A stretch of DNA of 64,000 bases from an uncultured Methanomassiliicoccus sp. (lineage in GTDB: Archaea; Thermoplasmatota; Thermoplasmata; Methanomassiliicoccales; UBA472), in contig CAZPFU010000007.1 in the NCBI GenBank assembly GCA_964585915.1, forward strand, positions 11,912 to 75,911. Direction: 5' to 3'. The translations under genes and the position numbers were made by a program. Each line of letters begins with the position of its first letter. Position 1 is the first letter of the stretch. Under the pieces are notes generated by a model, which saw nothing but the letters and a program-made list of their open reading frames with translations, was not told where the DNA came from and ran no database searches. Positions 63,487 through 64,000 of this stretch are shown piece after piece.

Positions 63487-64000
63487 ATGGCGCTATGCGA
63501 GCTATTCGAACTGGAGGACCTTCGACTGCTGGAGAACACCCTGGAAGACCTGGGGAACGAGGTCTTCCTCTCCCAGATGCTGCGCGGGTCGGAACAGGTC
63601 CGCCTGCTGATCTCGCATGACGAGACGCCCTTGGCCATGGCCAGGCGGGATGAGGGCGGCTGGAAGGCGGTCAGCTTCCTTTGGAAGGAACCTTCCGACG
63701 AGCTCATAGAGATACTTCCTGAGCTGGAGATCATGGTCTATACCTGCGATACCGAGACCTACCGGGAGGCGGTCTACGATCACTTCAGCCGCCGGATCTT
63801 GCAGGAGGTCGAACCTTCCCCGGAGGACCTGCCGGAGGACCGTGCCAAGAAGGTCTCCGACCTGGTTTGGAAGGTGTGGGACTTCAAGCCCGGAGAGCTG
63901 TGCTACGATTGCTGCTGCGGCTCCGGCGTGGGCAGCCTGGCCCTCTCCAAGGTCGGACTGCGCTCCTTCGCCTTCGATATCGATGCCGGTCTACTCAGCC
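63487..64000 (+). CDS. Putative SAM-dependent methyltransferase, 3' end outside window
   Basis: Open frame from ATG 63487 to the window end (not in the track). 'CYDCCCGSGVGSLAL...FAFDID' resembles methyltransferase motifs I/II. Confidence 0.65.
   Translation, partial: MALCELFELEDLRLLENTLEDLGNEVFLSQMLRGSEQVRLLISHDETPLAMARRDEGGWKAVSFLWKEPSDELIEILPELEIMVYTCDTETYREAVYDHFSRRILQEVEPSPEDLPEDRAKKVSDLVWKVWDFKPGELCYDCCCGSGVGSLALSKVGLRSFAFDIDAGLLS

Noticed and set aside
1-64000. Searched by eye for CRISPR arrays, rRNA, IS elements/transposases, integrases, prophage genes, toxin-antitoxin pairs and known defence-system signatures.
   Set aside because: None found. There are no regularly spaced direct repeats, no DDE/tyrosine-recombinase-like ORFs, and tRNA-His is the only RNA gene I could fold.

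Overview
High-GC archaeal chromosomal window, about 60% GC by eye, with short AT-rich intergenic promoters. The gene content points to a methyl-reducing or methylotrophic methanogen of the Thermoplasmatota/Methanomassiliicoccales type. That assignment is an inference from RtcB, archaeal SepF, a PRC-barrel protein, DUF1616, DUF835, a RecJ/GAN-like DHH protein, MtaA-family methyltransferases, RamA, MtrA/MtrH-like proteins and a B12-binding corrinoid protein. I support about 70 CDS and one tRNA-His(GUG). I saw no CRISPR array, rRNA, transposase or integrase. Housekeeping blocks: a complete trpEGDCFBA operon (4.0-10.3 kb, minus strand, translationally coupled), acs, argF, rtcB, sepF, a PUA protein, an HD phosphohydrolase, and a RecJ-like / RNase-H-like / metallophosphoesterase trio. 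Accessory blocks: (i) a glycan module with galU, ugd, LicD and a bifunctional CDP-ribitol-synthase-like fusion. (ii) An arsenic island with a DUF318 permease, a thioredoxin-like protein, a DGC protein, arsC and ACR3. (iii) An orphan corrinoid-protein locus with dense ATGGAT/ATCCAT inverted repeats, a Cys-bearing HTH regulator, a six-repeat membrane protein and a hydantoinase-like protein. (iv) The most interesting region (53.4-62.4 kb), a methyl-transfer/activation supercluster. It contains two URO-D/MtaA-family methyltransferases, a split COG0523 GTPase, RamA, a DHPS-like MBL-fold protein, a soluble MtrA-like/MtrH-like pair without other mtr genes, and two uncharacterised Cys-motif proteins. 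Other items worth a second look are tandem RanBP2-like zinc-finger mini-proteins, a CoA-transferase-GNAT fusion near acs, and a coupled pair of internally duplicated envelope proteins. Many long ORFs in the supplied track are antisense or out-of-frame shadows typical of GC-rich DNA and were rejected. All family assignments come from motif recognition by eye; no database search was run.
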